Shown in pieces: positions 25,100 to 40,194 of a DNA stretch of 64,000 nucleotides. Made by a program: the position numbers and the translations under genes. The stretch's first letter is position 1. Each line of letters starts with the position of its first letter. Origin of the DNA: Convolutriloba macropyga (Eukaryota). The stretch is taken from the NCBI RefSeq assembly GCF_964194025.1, contig NC_134476.1:25792001-25856000 (forward strand), given 5' to 3'. Below the pieces are notes generated by a model, which ran no database searches, was not told the DNA's origin, and worked only from the letters and a program-made list of their open reading frames with translations.

Positions 25100-28000
25100 A
25101 TTTAATATGTGTATCCCATTCATCGTCATCCAAAAGCCCAAACCCAAGCAAATCAGACGCCTCCTATTTTTCTCTATTTTTGTCCTGATGCATTTGCAGC
25201 ACCAATTGAAAACAAAATAATCTACAGAAAACAAAGATTGGGTTTATGAATCTTGGCAGCACTAGAAAGATCAAACAACGGTCTAACTTGCCTGCATGCA
25301 AATTCTCTAAAACACCAATTAATAAAACTTAAACAATCTCCTGTGTTTTCGAATACAAATTTACAAGCAGTATGTTGCAAGCTGATGTGGGAGGACAATT
25401 ACCAAGATCCGATGGTTTTTCCTATATTCTCACAGGAATGGACGTGTTCACTAAAAATATGTTTGCCCAAACAATCAGTTCAATATCCTCAGAAATTGCA
25501 TGCAAATATCTAATGCAGTTGTTTAAGCGACATCCAGATATATCCGCTTATATCTTAAAAGACAAAGGCAGTCATTTCACGTCAAAAACGCTGGACAAAT
25601 TTTCAACACTACTTGAATTCCTATCGGAACACGAAACGCTGAAACCTCCGCGAACAATAGAAGTAGTAGTGAGATCAGACACATCTTTAAAACGCTATTT
25701 GAAATCATTCTAAATTCAAATACAATCCAACTGACATAAGCAAATAGACCTAGCAGTCTTCCAACATAATTCAAGTTAACACTCCAGATTCAGTTGTCCC
25801 AAAGTCTTGTTTTTCACGAACGAATACCAGAAAAGCCTAAAAATTGAGGTTTAATAATTATAATATCACACAAACAGAAAATTAACTAGGACTACGTAGC
25901 ACAAGTACAAAGCAAAGTGTCGAGAATATACCAGCAAAAACAGAAGTTTTACTGAAAGACTAACAAAACTTGGGATTAATTTATTAGAAAAGCAAAAACG
26001 GTATCAATGAAAGTTGCAGAATACTGCTTGCTTTTAATGCCGAAACCCAACTCCACCCGTTTATAGTTGCTCCCTGCAAAAGCAGAAGCCGTCGAGTTTA
26101 ACGCCATCTCAGAACCAAACCAATTCATCGTCATCCGAGAGCTCAAATTGTCAAAATTTAGGCCACCGCAGATCTATACCCGTTGAAGTTTAGGTCATCT
26201 CAGAGCCTATTATGCTTGACTTCATTTCTTGGAAGTCGTTGGCAAAAATTCCTGCATAAATACTTCAATGTATTCTCTATAATCTCTTACCAATAAAAAA
26301 CTTAAGAAAAAATATTATTTCTCGAATTAGAAAATCATCAATATGAGAATTAAAAAAGCAAATCAAACCCAAGCAAATCAAATTGGTGTGCCATAGGAGG
26401 CGATTTCTAAAATCTGGTGGTCTTTTATATATTATCAAAAGAAAAGACGTGTTCACCCAAAAATTTTTGCCCAAACACTCTTTTCAATATCCGCGGAAAT
26501 TAAATGCAAATTTCTAATGCAGTGGTTTATGCGACATCCAGACATATCCACTTTAGTATAAACTTACCCAGGCATTAAATTCACGTCTGAAAGAACTTTC
26601 AAAACTATTTGAATTCCAACTAGAGCACGAAACGTTGAAACATAGTTCATAGTACATAGAAGACGTACAATGCAAAACATCGAGAATATACCAGCAAAAA
26701 GAAGTTTTACTGAAACACTAACAATTATCGGGAACACTTTATTGGAAAAGCAAAGCAAAAACGGTATCAATGAAAGTTGCAGGATACTGCTTGCTTTTAA
26801 TACCGAAACTCAACTCAAACTGTTTGCAGTTGCTCCCTGCAAGAGCAGAATCCGTCAATTTTAACGCCATCTCATAACCAAACAGGTTCATCGTCAACCA
26901 AGAGCCCAAAAGGTCAAACATTAGGCCACTGCAAATCTATACCCGTTGAAAATTTGGCCATCCCAGAGACTGTTTTGGTTGCCATCATTTCTTCGAAGTT
27001 GGTTGAAAAACTTTGCATAAATATTCCAACATATTCTCAATAACCCTTTCCAACAAAAAATGTGAAAAATGACAGTTTTTGTCAATAATAGATCAAAACA
27101 AGCAAACCAAAGCGACTGCAAATCAAACCCAAGAAAATCAAATTAGTTTATTGTAGGAGGACGATTACCAATATCTGGTGGTTTTTCATTTACTCTCACA
27201 GGAATGGACGTGTTCAATAAATATATGTTTGCCCAAACACTCAATTCAATATCCTCAGAAATTGTATGCAAATATTTTATGCAGTTGTTTAAGCGACATT
27301 ATTTTTTAACAGTACTTGAATTCTTACCGGAACACGAAATGCTGAAACCTCTGCAAAAAATAGAGGAAGTAGTGAGATGAGACAAACCTTTAAAACGCTA
27401 TTTGAAAGTGTACTAAAATCAAATACAATCCGACCGACATAATTATATATACTTAGCAGTCTTCCAAAATAATACAAATTAACACTCCAGTTTCGGTTGT
27501 CACAAAGCCTTGTTTTTTCCGTACAAATACCAGAAACGCTATATAATTGAGAATTAATAATTAAAATATTCACAAAGAGTAACGTAACTAGGACAAGGTA
27601 GCATACGTACAAAGCAAAATGTCGAGAATTTACCAGCAAAAAAGATGTTTTACTAAAAGACTAACAAATATCGGGATCACTTCATTAGAAAAGCAAAAAC
27701 AATACCAATTAAAGTTGCTAAATAGCTTGCTTTTTATCCCAATTCTCAATTGAACCCGTTTTCCGCTGCTCCCTGCTATAGCCAAACCCGTTGAGTTTCA
27801 CGCCATTGCAGAGCCAAAGCCATTCATCGTCATCCAACGGCCGAAACCGTCAAATTTAACGCCACCGCGGATAGAAACACGTTGAAATTTAGGCCATTCC
27901 AGAGACTGGTTTGGTCAGCATATTTTTTTGGAAGTCGTTCAAAGAAATTCCTGCATAAATATTCCAATATATTCTCTATAATCACTTTCCAATAAAAAAA

Positions 28001-31000
28001 CTGACAAAAATTACAGTTTTTGTCAATATTAGAGCAAAACAAGCAAATCGAAGCGTCTGCAAATCAAGCCCAAGCAAATCAAATTAGTTTATTATAGGAG
28101 GACGTTTACCAATATCTGGTGGTTTTTCTTATATTCTCACAGGAATGGACGTGTTCAACGAAAACATGTTTGCCCAAACACTCAATTCAATATCCTCAGA
28201 AATTGTATGCAAATATCTAATGCAGTTGCTTAAGCGACATCCAGATATATTCTCTTCAGTTTTAAACGAACACGGCATTCAATTAACGTCAAAAATGCTG
28301 AAAGAACTTTCAACATTACTTTAATTCCTACGGGAACACGAAACGCCTAAAACTCCGCAAACAGTAGGAGTAGTAGACAGATCAGACACTTCTTGAAAAA
28401 GCTATTTGAAAGTGTACTAAAATCAAATACAATCCGACTGACATAATTATATATACTTAGCATTCTTCCAACATAACACAAGTTAACACTCCAGTTTCGG
28501 TTGTCCCAAAGCCTTGTTTTTTACGTACAAATACCAGAAGCCCTATATACTTGAGAATAAATAATTATAATGTTCACAAACAGTAATGTAACTAGGACAA
28601 AGTAGCATACGTACAAAGCGAAATTTCGAAAATATACCAGCAAAAAAAGATGTTTTACTGAAAGACTAACAAATATCGGGATTACATCATTAGAAAAGAA
28701 AAAAGCAATACCAATTAAAGTTGCAGAATAGTGCTTGCTTTTTATCCCGATTCTCAATTGAACCCGTTTTCCGTTGCTCCCTGCTATAGCCAAACCCGTT
28801 GAATTTCACGCCATTGCAGAGCCAAAACCATTCATCGTCATCCAAGGGCCCACACCGGCCCTTAAATTTAACGCCACCGCGGATATAAACACGTTGAAGT
28901 CTAGGCCATTCCAGAAACTGTTTTGGTAGGCATAATTTCTTGGAAGTCGTTGGAAAAATATCCTGCATAAACATTCCAATATATTTTCTATAATCCCTTT
29001 CCAATAAAAAACTAACATAAATTACAGTTCTTGTCAATATTAGATCAAAACAAGCAAATCAAAGCGTCTGCAAATCAAGCCCAAGCAAATCAAATTAGTT
29101 TTTTAAAGGAAGACGTTTAACAATATCTGGTTGTTTTTTATATACTCTCACAGGAATGGACGTGTTCAACGAAAATATGTTTGCCCAAACACTCAATTCA
29201 ATAGCCTCAAAACTGTATGCAAATATGTAATGCAGTTGCTTAAGCGACATGCAGATATATTTTCTTCAGTTTTAAATGAACACGGCATTCAATTCACGCC
29301 AAAAATGCTGAAAGAACGTTCAACACTACTTGAGTTCCTACCGGAACACGAAACGCTGAAACCTCTGCAAACAATAGAAGAAGTAGTGAGATGAGACAAA
29401 CCTTTAAAACGCTATTTGAAAGTGTACTAAAATCAAATACAATCCGACTGACATAATTATATATACTTAGCAGTCTTCCAAAATAATACAAGTTAACACT
29501 CCAGTTTCGGTTGTCACAAAGCCTTGTTTTTTACGTACAAATACCAGAAACCCTATATAATTGAGAATTAATAATTATAATATTCACAAACAGTAACATA
29601 ACTAGGACAAGGTAGCATACGTACAAAGCAAAATGTCGAGAATTTACCAGCAAAAAAGGAAGTTTTACTAAAAGACTAACAAATATTGGGATCACTTCAT
29701 TAGAAAAGCAAAAACAATACCAATTAAAGTTGCTAAATAGCTTGCTTTTTATCCCAATTCTCAATTGAACCCGTTTTCCGCTGCTCCCTGCTATAGCCAA
29801 ACCCGTTGAGTTTCACGCCATTGCAGAGCCAAAACCATTCATCGTCATCCAACGGCCGAAACCGTCAAATTTAACGCCACCGCGGATAGAAACACGTTGA
29901 AATTTAGGCCATTCCAGAGACTGGTTTGGTTAGCATATTTTTTCGGAAGTTGTTCAAAGAAATTCCTGCATAAATATTCCAATATATTCTCTATAATCAC
30001 TTTCCAATAAAAAAACTGACAAAAATTACAGTTTTTGTCAATATTAGATCAAAACAAGCAAATCGAAGCGTCTGCAAATCAAGCCCGAGCAAATCAAATT
30101 AGTTTATTATAGGAGGACGTTTACCAATATCTGGTGGTTTTTCTTATATTCTCACAGGAATGGACGTGTTCAACGAAAACATGTTTGCCCAAACACTCAA
30201 TTCAATATCCTCAGAAATTGAGTGCAAATATCTAATACAGTTGCTTAAGCGATATCCAGATATATTCTCTTCGGTTTCAAACGAACACGGCATTCAATTC
30301 ACGTCTAAAATGCTGAAAGAACTTTCAACATTACTTGAATTCCTACCGGAACACGACACGCCTAAAACTCCGCAAACAATAGGAGTAGTAGAGAGATCAG
30401 ACACTTCTTGAAAAAGCTATTTGAAAGTGTACTAAAATCAAATACAATCCGACTGACATAATTATATATACTTAGCATTATTCCAACATAACACAAGTTA
30501 ACACTCCAGTTTCGGTTGTCCCAAAGCCTTGTTTTTTACGTACAAATACCAGAAGCCCTATATACTTGAGAATAAATAATTATAATGTTCACAAACAGTA
30601 ATGTAACTAGGACAAAGTAGCATACGTACAAAGCGAAATTTCGAGAATATACCAGCAAAAAAAGATGTTTTACTGAAAGACTAACAAATATCGGGATTAC
30701 ATCATTAGAAAAGAAAAAAACAATACCAATTAAAGTTGCAAAATAGTGCTTGCTTTTTATCCCGATTCTCAATTGAACCCGTTTTCCGTTGCTCCCTGCT
30801 ATAGCCAAACCCGTTGAATTTCACGCCATTGCAGAGCCAAAACCATTCATCGTCATACAAGGGCCCACACCGGCCCTCAAATTTAACGCCACCGCGGATA
30901 TAAACACGTTGAAATCTAGGTTATTCCAGAGACTGTTTTGGTAGGCATAATTTCTTGGAAGTCGTTGGAAAAAGATCCTGCATAAACATTCCAATATATT

Positions 31001-33612
31001 TTCTATAATCCCTTTCCAATAAAAAACTGACATAAATTACAGTTCTTGTCAATATTAGATCAAAACAAGCAAATCAAAGCGTCTGCAAATCAAGCCCAAG
31101 CAAATCAAATTAGTTTATTATAGAAAGACGTTTAACAAAATCTGGTGGTTTTTTATATACTCTCACAGGAATGGACGTGTTCAACGAAAATATGTTCGCC
31201 CAAACACTCATTTCAATATCCTCAAAAATTTCATGCAAATATCTAATGCAGTTGCTTAAGCGACATCCAGATAAATTTTCTTCACTTTTAAATGAACAAG
31301 GCGTTCAATTCACCTCAAACATGCTGAAAGAACTTTCACCACTAATTGAATTCCTATCGAAACAAGAAACGCTGAGAACTCCGCAAAGAATAGGAGTAGT
31401 GGAGAGATCAGACACATCTTTAAAACGCATTTTGAATTCAAACTAAATTCAAATACAGTTCAATTGACATGAATATATAGGCTTAGCAGTCTTTCAACGT
31501 AATACAAGTTAACACTCCAGTTTCAGTTGTCCCAAAGCCTTGTTTTTTACGTAAAAGTACCGGAAACCCTTTGTAATTGAGAATTAATAATTATAATGCT
31601 CACAAACAGTAATGTAACTAGGCCAAGGTAGCATACGTACAAAGCAAAATGTCAAGAATATACCAGCAAAAAAAAAGATGTTTTACTGAAAGACTAACAA
31701 ATATCGGGATTACTTCATTTGAAAAGCAAAAAAAAGACCAATTAAAGTTGCTAAATAGTGCTTGCTTTTTATCCCGATTCTCAATTGAACCCGTTTTCCG
31801 CTGCTCCCTGCTATAGCCGAACCCGTTGAACTTCAAGCCATTGCAGAGCCAAAACTTTTCATCATCATCCACGGGACCAAACCGTCAAAATTATGGCCAC
31901 CGCGGATATAAACACGTTGAAATTTAGGCCATTCCAGAGAGTGTTTTGGTATGCATCATTTCTTGGAACTCGTTGGAACAATTTCCTGCATAAATATTCC
32001 AATATATTCTCTATAACCCCTTTCCAATAAAAAAAACTGACAAAAATTACAGTTTTTGTCAATATTAGATCAAAATAAGCAAATCAAAGCGTCTGCAAAT
32101 CAAGACCAAGCAAATAAAATTAGTTTATTATAGGAGTACCATTACCAATATCTGTTGGTTTTTTATTTGCTCTCACAGGAATGGGCGTGTTCAACAAAAA
32201 TATGTTTGACCAAACACTCATTTCAATATCCTCAAAAATTTCATGCAAATATCTAATGCAGTTGCTTAAGCGACATCCAGATAAATTTTCTTCACATTTA
32301 AATTAACAAGGCGTTCAATTCACCTCAAACATGCTGAAAGAACTTTCACCACTACTTGAATTCCTATCGAAACAAGAAACGCTGAGAACTCCGCAAAGAA
32401 TAGGAGTAGTGGAGAGATCAGACACATCTTTAAAACGCATTTTGAATTCAAACTAAATTCAAATACACTTCAATTGACATGAATATATAGGCTTAGCAGT
32501 CTTTCAACGTAATACAAGTTAACACTCCAGTTTCAGTTGTCCCAAAGCCTTGTTTTTTACGTAAAAATACCAGAAACCCTATGTAATTGAGAATTAATAA
32601 TTATAATGCTCACAAACAGTAATGTAACTAGGACAAGGTAGCATACGTACAAAGCAAAATGTCGAGAATATACCAGCAAAAAAAGATGTTTTACTGAAAG
32701 ACTAACAAATATCGGGATTACTTCATTATAAAAGCAAAAACAATGCCAATGAAAGTTGCAAAATTGTGCTTGCTTTTAATCCCGATTCTCAATTGAACCC
32801 GTTTTCCGTTGCTCCCTGCAATAGCCAAACCCGTTGAATTTCACGCCATTGCAGAGCCAACACCATTCATCGTCATCCGAGGGCCCAAACCGTCAAAATT
32901 AAGGCCACCGCGGATATAAACACGTTGAAATTTAGGCCATTCCAGAGACTGTTTTGGTAGGCATCGTTTCTTGGAATTCGTTGGAAAAATTTCCTGCATA
33001 AATATTCCAGTATATTCTCTTGAATTCCTTTCCAATAAAAAAACTGACAAGAACTACAGTTTTTGTCAATATTAGATCAAAACAAGCAGATCAAGGCGTC
33101 TGCAAATCAAGTCCAAGCAAATCAGATTAGTTTATTATAGGAGGACGATTACCAATATCTGGTGGTTTTTCATTTACTCTCACAGGAATGGACGTGTTCA
33201 ACGAAAATATGTTTGCCCAAACACTCAATTCAAAAATTTTATGCAAATAACTAATGCAGTTCCTCAAGCGACATCCAGATTTATTCTCTTAAGTTTTAAA
33301 TGAACAAGGCATTCAATTCACGTCAAAAATGCTGAAAGAACATTCAACACTACTTGAGTTCCTACCGGAACACGAAACACTGAAATCTCCGAAAACAATA
33401 GGAGTAGTAGAGAGATCATACACATCTTTTAAACGCTATTTGAAAGTGTACTAAAATCAAATACAATCCGACTGACATAATTACATAGACTTAGCAATCT
33501 TCCAACATAATACAAGGCAAATCAAGCCCAAGCAAACCAAATTAGTTTGTTATAGGATGACGCTTACCCGTATCTGGTGGTCTTTCATATATTCTCACAT
33601 GAATGGACGTGT
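25100..33612 (+). repeat. tandem array of a ~1.0-kb unit derived from a Gypsy LTR-retrotransposon integrase (8-9 units)
   Basis: The ATGGACGTGTTC anchor (degenerate in two copies) recurs at 25438, 26443, 27204, 28145, 29156, 30160, 31171, 32181, 33188 and 33603. Units translate LQADVGGQLPRSDGFSYILTGMDVF...DKGSHFTS...HETLKPP.TIGVVERS, an rve integrase core; all are disrupted. Confidence 0.9.
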
Positions 33613-33800
33613 TTCCTGTTCCTTCTTTAATTCAACCCGTATTCGTTGTTTCCAGAGCCCTAAATTCCTTTTTTCTATACTTAAAAGGACCACTTGGCCG
33701 ATTAAAATGGATTGGTTGTACGGAATTACTCGGAGCAAATAAACATTGCGTTAATCCAATAGTTATGTTCGATAATGCGCCACATTAGTTGCCCACTCAA
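33612..33800 (-). mobile_element. possible BEL/Pao integrase C-terminal (DUF5641-like) relic
   Basis: Minus strand reads ...RNVYLL...QSILIGQVVLLSIEKRNLGLWK...VELKKE, resembling IxVGDVVLI...W...VxEL; short and degenerate. Confidence 0.3.
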
Positions 33801-36373
33801 CAGCACCACAGGGATCTTGAAGTTCAAGCGGCCTTTTAATTGTCAATTTTTCTTAATTCATTTCCATAGTTCTGCAAAGTTTCTTGTGCTGGATTATTAT
33901 CGGCTTTGTCATAAGCCTCTCAGTTTCATACCAAAGATAGGCTTATTGTAATAGTTAGAACTTTGTGCATACAAAGCGCCGGGTTGCATGAGAAATTTAA
34001 GGATTGTGGAATAAACTATCTAATACTGTCTTTGATTGAGAATCTACAGACGGTGGGCCCGCTTCAGCAAATCGGTGAAAGTTAAAATCGTTGCGAATCT
34101 GTTTCTCCAACATTACAGATTTCAAGTAACAGGCTCATGAATATTAAACGGTTTTTTTTCAATTGGCTTGTATTACATGGAATTTTTACCCCGGTTTCTA
34201 CTTGAGCAAAAATTAATTTTAAAAAAAACCGCGTAAAAATTACTAAAAAAATTTGCTGGAATATCAATTTCTTCTCATCATACTTGTGAACATTGGCGCA
34301 ATCTTCCTGATGACTTAACGAATAATCAACATCATACAAAAACCAACAATTAATTTCAAATCACTTTTGATTACAATCTCCATTTGAATATTTCACCCAA
34401 TCTCCAAAAATTTAATGTCCGAGTTCTTGGTTGATGAATACATCACTAACAGCGTCTCAATTTTTAGCCTTTGCCTTTTTATTATTTAATTATAGCACTG
34501 ATATGCAACACAGAGAAGTTAGATAATAGTCGTTAAAGAAATAACTACCAATTTCCAAAAATTCATTGTAAATATTGATTGAAAAATCCTCAAGTTAATG
34601 ATATGTTATTCTTTGAAGCAAAGGTTCTCATTACGTCAATTTAAAGAAAAATTTTTCACGTCAACTGAATTTAAGTCAACATCTGGCAATGCCAACAGAA
34701 AACAAAGAGGACAGAACCCAGAACACACACCAGGAAAATCCTAGTGAAGCTGATTCTGTCGTTGGTCTCTTCCGGAAAAAGATACTGAACCGTATGTTCT
34801 CTTAGACAACTACAACAGGTTCACAAAAACCGTTTGAATTTGGCAGCACACGACATTTAACTCTCGTGAAATCTCGAAAAATCTCGAAAAATCGTTTCCA
34901 GTAAAAGCAAAACATAATTTGAACAGCCTGCACAATATGATGAGTTTCCATCCGACTGAAAACATTCCTACCTTCTGCTAATGAGTTCAAAGCTATGCAT
35001 TAAAACAAGAACTTTTTTTACTTCTTCATTACGAACTTCTAAACAGACACATGCAAGTTTAGTACTTTAATAGATAAATTGAAGAATTTTTACAGCGCCT
35101 CTCATATTGAAGAAACCTTGAACCTTTTTGCAAAAACAAAAAACCTATTGCAACTTAAAAACACGATGTCAAAGAAAAATATACGACGTAACTTGTCACT
35201 CCTTTTTTTTTTTACCTCAAACAACATATTTCAAGATTTAAGTGCCAACAAAGAAGTTTGTGGAACACCCAGAGCCATTTTTTCGAAAAATTTCAATTGT
35301 CGTTAAACTAAAGAACAGTTTTCAAAGAATTAAACCTTAAAAAAGCGACAAAAAAATTCTTACTATGATTGACTATCTCGAGACAATTTATACTGGAAAA
35401 ATAAATTAAAAAATCAATTAAATGAACATTTTTGATTTATAAAAACATCTTCTAGGTTTGTGAATAAAAACCTATTCTTACTCCTCAAGTTTTTGTATCT
35501 GGAAAAAGTTGTCATGGTTTGCTCGCATTTCAGACAATAATCTATTGTTAAAAAATAACTATTATGTCTGCTACTCTAAATGCATACGAACACTCCACAG
35601 TTTGGTCACATGTGAACTTATTTCAGCCCTGTTGAATTTCATTTCGTTAGAAAAAAAAGATATTGACTTCTCTTAGAAATTTTTCATTTGTTATAGCAGT
35701 GCGTAAATAATGCCATAACAATAGCAATTACTCACAAAAAAATATAGATTTGATGTACCATCAACAAAAGCTGATTCGGCTGTGGTCTCATACTTAAGAA
35801 AACCAATGGAAGTGAATTAATGTTCAATAAATAATTAATCATGTCAAAAAACAGTTAATCGCAGCTCAAGATGGCGTGCTGTACGTTGTAGACCAAATTT
35901 ATAATACATTTTAAAATGAAAACTAACTTTGCAAAGACAAAAGAAGACAAAAATGCTATCCAGAAATAACGAAAACCCGCTATGCTTGCGTTTGAAGCAA
36001 AAACAGCAGTCACTGAAGGTGCAGGCAGTGCATGCTCATTGGGAAAAATCCATGGATGGAAGTGTCATATGGAAGAACAGAACAAAACAGAGAAATTTTT
36101 TGGTTCTCCGTTAACCAAAATAGAAAAATATGACAAACGATGACTTGGAATTAAAGATGAATTTTTTCACAAAAATTTCATTATTGCATGGTCAATAAAA
36201 AAAACTTTAACAACTTTCATCGCAAAGCCATTGAAACTCAAAAAATATCTAGGCAGATCTAAACAAAGCAATTTACTTAATTCGCAAGTTTTCTTGTAAA
36301 TTGATTGCTTCCGATCATCTTGTCTATGCACTAGTTGAAATGTTAAGGGTTCAAGCAAATATACTTGGAGCAT

Positions 36374-37623
36374 TGTTAGCTCTCTTAATTGAATTTGAGT
36401 CATGTAGAAGAGCAATTAAGGCAGACACGTTTGGGCTCCTTTTACAGCCTTAAGGTATAAAGAACTAGGGCTACTTATTTCTGCGCGCGAAGTAGGCTAA
36501 CCTATATCTCTGAGACTATCCGACTCAGTAAAACACTGAAATCGTACTTCAATTATAATGATTTTTAAAAGAGTTAACACCAAAGTCAGAGGTATGCACA
36601 TCGTGCAACTACTCCATCAGACTGACTACAGTCAGTGGAGTTAGTGCTATATAAAAGAGAATAGTCTCTGATTTGTTGGAGGAGTACAACCAGTATTTCT
36701 ACTGTTACATCCATCCGGGGATAAAAGTTTTAAATCCGAATCTCTGAGTTGTAGCAGAAAGAGATTGGATGAGTGGTCCTCTGTGTAGAAGGACTGAAGA
36801 GCCGTGTTGTCGTTACAGTGAAGTTGTGACTTCTGCCGTCGTCTGGAATTACTGTGAGTAAAGTGTTGACCCTGTTTTGTCAGTAAGTTATCCACCTCAA
36901 TTGTGGAGTCAGTAGGGGTACCAGTTGCAGGATGTGCTCGCCAGTAACGTCAGTCCTGTTAGAATACCCAACTGCCTCTCGATGTCTTGTAGTGAGGATT
37001 TATTCCCATTTGGGGGATTGCTTTTAGTCTGCATAGTCTGCGTCTGGCTGTACAAGGAGATTTTCTGTTTATCTCTATCTGATACAGGGTTTTACCGGTC
37101 AGATTTACCAGCTTACTTTCTGGTGAAAATCCATCTTTCAGCTACTGTGTGAGCTACTTATTTTGTTAAACGTTTAGTGTAGTTTAGTGCCTGCTAAGTA
37201 AGCTCCGACCGGAGAGGAGAAGAAAAGAACTGATCCTAATCTTCAGTCGTGGAAATGAAGAAGGGAATAAAAAACTATAAATTATAAAAATAAGGGAAAA
37301 TTATTGTTTAAATAGTAAAAGTAATAAAAAGATACATAGAGAGAAAATAAGAGAAAAACAGTCCAGAGTGGTTTTTGAGAAAAGTGAGTCTCGAGTTTTT
37401 GTGGGTCGGTGAGCCTGAAGTGGTAGGATTGTGGCCTACGTTCGATATTCGAATTCGAAATCAGGGTCTCGATTGTCCGGATCTCTGACGATTTCGAGGA
37501 ATTCCTTGTCTTGTGCAAGATGGGCGGCAAGTGCCTGGGGGTATAGTTCCCAACAAGTCTCAGTCTCTTCAGAACTATACTCGTATCAATTCTCAATGAA
37601 GAGACTAATGGATTTACATAACA
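36374..37623 (+). mobile_element. possible solo LTR or other non-coding TE-like island
   Basis: GC-richer non-coding island with TGTTA...TAACA ends, TATATAAAAG at 36648 and an A-rich tract with AATAAA. No target-site duplication or PBS was found. Confidence 0.3.
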
Positions 37624-40194
37624 ATGCGCAATTAATTTAGTTTTGAATGCTAGAGCCGAATAAACTCATAAAAAGCTCTTCTCTCTCATGATGAAATTAA
37701 ACGTTTTGTAGGATCAAGCAATCCTTCTGTTCGTATCGATAAATTTTCTCTCGGAACTGCTCAAGATTTCCTATTGGAATCTCTTCTTATTGGAAATCAT
37801 TTTGTTACTCCACAAAAATGTGATCTCAAAATATTCAAAATAAAATGGATGATATTATAACTGATGTTTTAAATATTATAATTGATGTTTAAAAAAAAAC
37901 AATCAATTATATTGGCAGGATGTCAAATATGCATAATAAAACTCGAGTCAGAACAAAAATTATTACCTTGAGATTAAAGCCAACATCTTTTCGTGTCACA
38001 TTGAGACAATCACCAGTGATAACTTTAGGCTTACTGATCCGCTTGAATATTATTGCAGAAGTTCTTGAGTACTAACTATTCTCGTTTGATAATTTGGATC
38101 TTATATGTTTTGTCCCCCCCCCCCACCTTAGCGAGCTAAATTTTTTTATGCCCCCTAGAGCACAAGCTATTTTTTACATAAAAACGTTCTATATAACAAA
38201 ATAAAAAGTGTAACTGGGGGGAAGTGAAAAACACTGGTGCAAAACAGAATAGATAAAATCTTTTTGATGAGATTCCAGATCCGATTTTACAAATGATGCC
38301 AGAATTTCGTATCAGTCTCCAAATCAAATTTACACAACAAAAATTTTTAGGAAAAAGTCAGTCAATAATTCGATCTTTTTATTATCAATGATGCTACAAA
38401 TATTAATCAATTATAATTTTTAACAATTATGGGAAGCGTTATGTTAAACTGGTGAAAGCTGAAAGAGGAATAACTCCTAGGCTTGTACAGATAGCTACAG
38501 TCGGCAAGTATCAAATATTTTCGTTTAACACATCGCGTAAAATATTGAATGAAGCTTTTATTATTAGCCACACGCAAGAGACTTCAACTCTCTTACAAAA
38601 TAAAACAGTTAAGCAAGCTTCAGCCCCCTATGGATAAGAGTTTTATATTGCTAACAGTTAACAAACAATCCTAAACCATTCACTAACATAAACGATCAAC
38701 AAAACAAACAATAAAAATAATCAAGTTTAACCTTAGGACTGCTTTAAAGAAAAATGAAAACACACAAATTTAAACTTAATATTAAACGATTATAATGATT
38801 TCTGTTGAATTATTTTCACAATATTGCATGAAAAACAATCTGAAAAACTTTAAACCTTAGTGTGAAATTTAATTCAAAAGCCTGATGGAGCAAAATTATA
38901 TAATGAGCATTGTCATGGATAAAAACTTATACGATTTTTCCGTTAAATTTGTGGATTTGAAAAAGTTCAAATTGCTAGGTTGTTATTGAATAACATTGTG
39001 CGTATTAACTTATTGAAAAAGTGGAATTACTTTTTTTGTAGAAACAAATTGAGTTGTGGAGATTGTAGAATTAAAAGATTATATTTCAGTTGGTTTTTAA
39101 TAGAAATTGAAACTCGCCATTATAATGATTTGAGACTCTGCATCGAAGCACCATCTGAAATAAATTCTGAAAACATTTTTTACGGATAGTGAAAACGAGA
39201 GTAAAGTAGGCTTAATCACGGCCCCAGGTTTGCCGTTGAACCTGAATGCTCCCAACAAAAGCATGCTCCCCGAAATATATACCACCTTCAGCGGACAAAA
39301 CGATTAAACTAAATGGGTAAAATGGATACGCGCTACCTGTTATAGGCTATGCTTGACTTTCGTTTTTTGCAAAAAAAATACAAAACAAAATCAGTGGAAT
39401 GCATTCAAGGGCAGGCAACATCCTGGATACTTAGCTACAGTTCCAAATGCTACAAAGAACGATTAAAGAGACTGAAACTGTTTCTACTGTTACACTAATT
39501 AAAATTGCATGCTTTATTGATGTTAATATTGATACTTAATTGAATTTAGAAAACCAAAATTCTAATCAGATTAGTAAAAAAATATGGAAGGTGAAATCTC
39601 TCTCTCTTTCTCTCAAAAATGCAAACAATTATCTTTTTTCTGGTGCAGCGTGGTTTATTTTTTAATATACATTGTTCTTGTGCTTCAAGTTGCTCAGACC
39701 ATACGGGGTCAGATGGAGTACTAACATTTTTTTTTGATTCACCAATATGGGAAACGTTACGCTAAGATGAAAATAACCGAAAAAAGATGGGTAACTATGC
39801 ATATGAAACTTTAAATTGTCAACTTTGACCTTAAAAATGATCTAAAGAAAACCGGATAAAAACAAACTTATACGGAAAATTAAACGCTTTTAATGTTTTC
39901 AAATAATTATTTTTACAATAGTGCATAACAATCAACCTGAAAATTAGTAAAAATTAGGGTAAAATTTCATTCAAAAGCTTGATGGAGAATACTTTTTAAT
40001 GCGCATTGTCATGAATAAATTGTTATGAATTTTCTTTATGTTTGTTTTGGATTTAAAAGAGATTAGATCGCTAGAATGTTAATGAATATCATTTTGCGTA
40101 ATAACTTGATGAAAAAAGTCATTTTTTGTAGAAATAGATTGACTAGTGGGGATGGTGCAAGGGAAAGATTTTGAATCGGTTAGTTCTTTCAAAG

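Noticed and set aside
25372-31446. Tandem family of domesticated integrase genes
   Set aside because: Every unit has stops or frameshifts, the longest integrase ORF is 113 aa, the second catalytic Asp is changed in most units, and no splice structure rescues the frame.
34000-36370. Short ORFs that might be exons of another gene
   Set aside because: No recognisable domain or consistent splice pattern; left unassigned.
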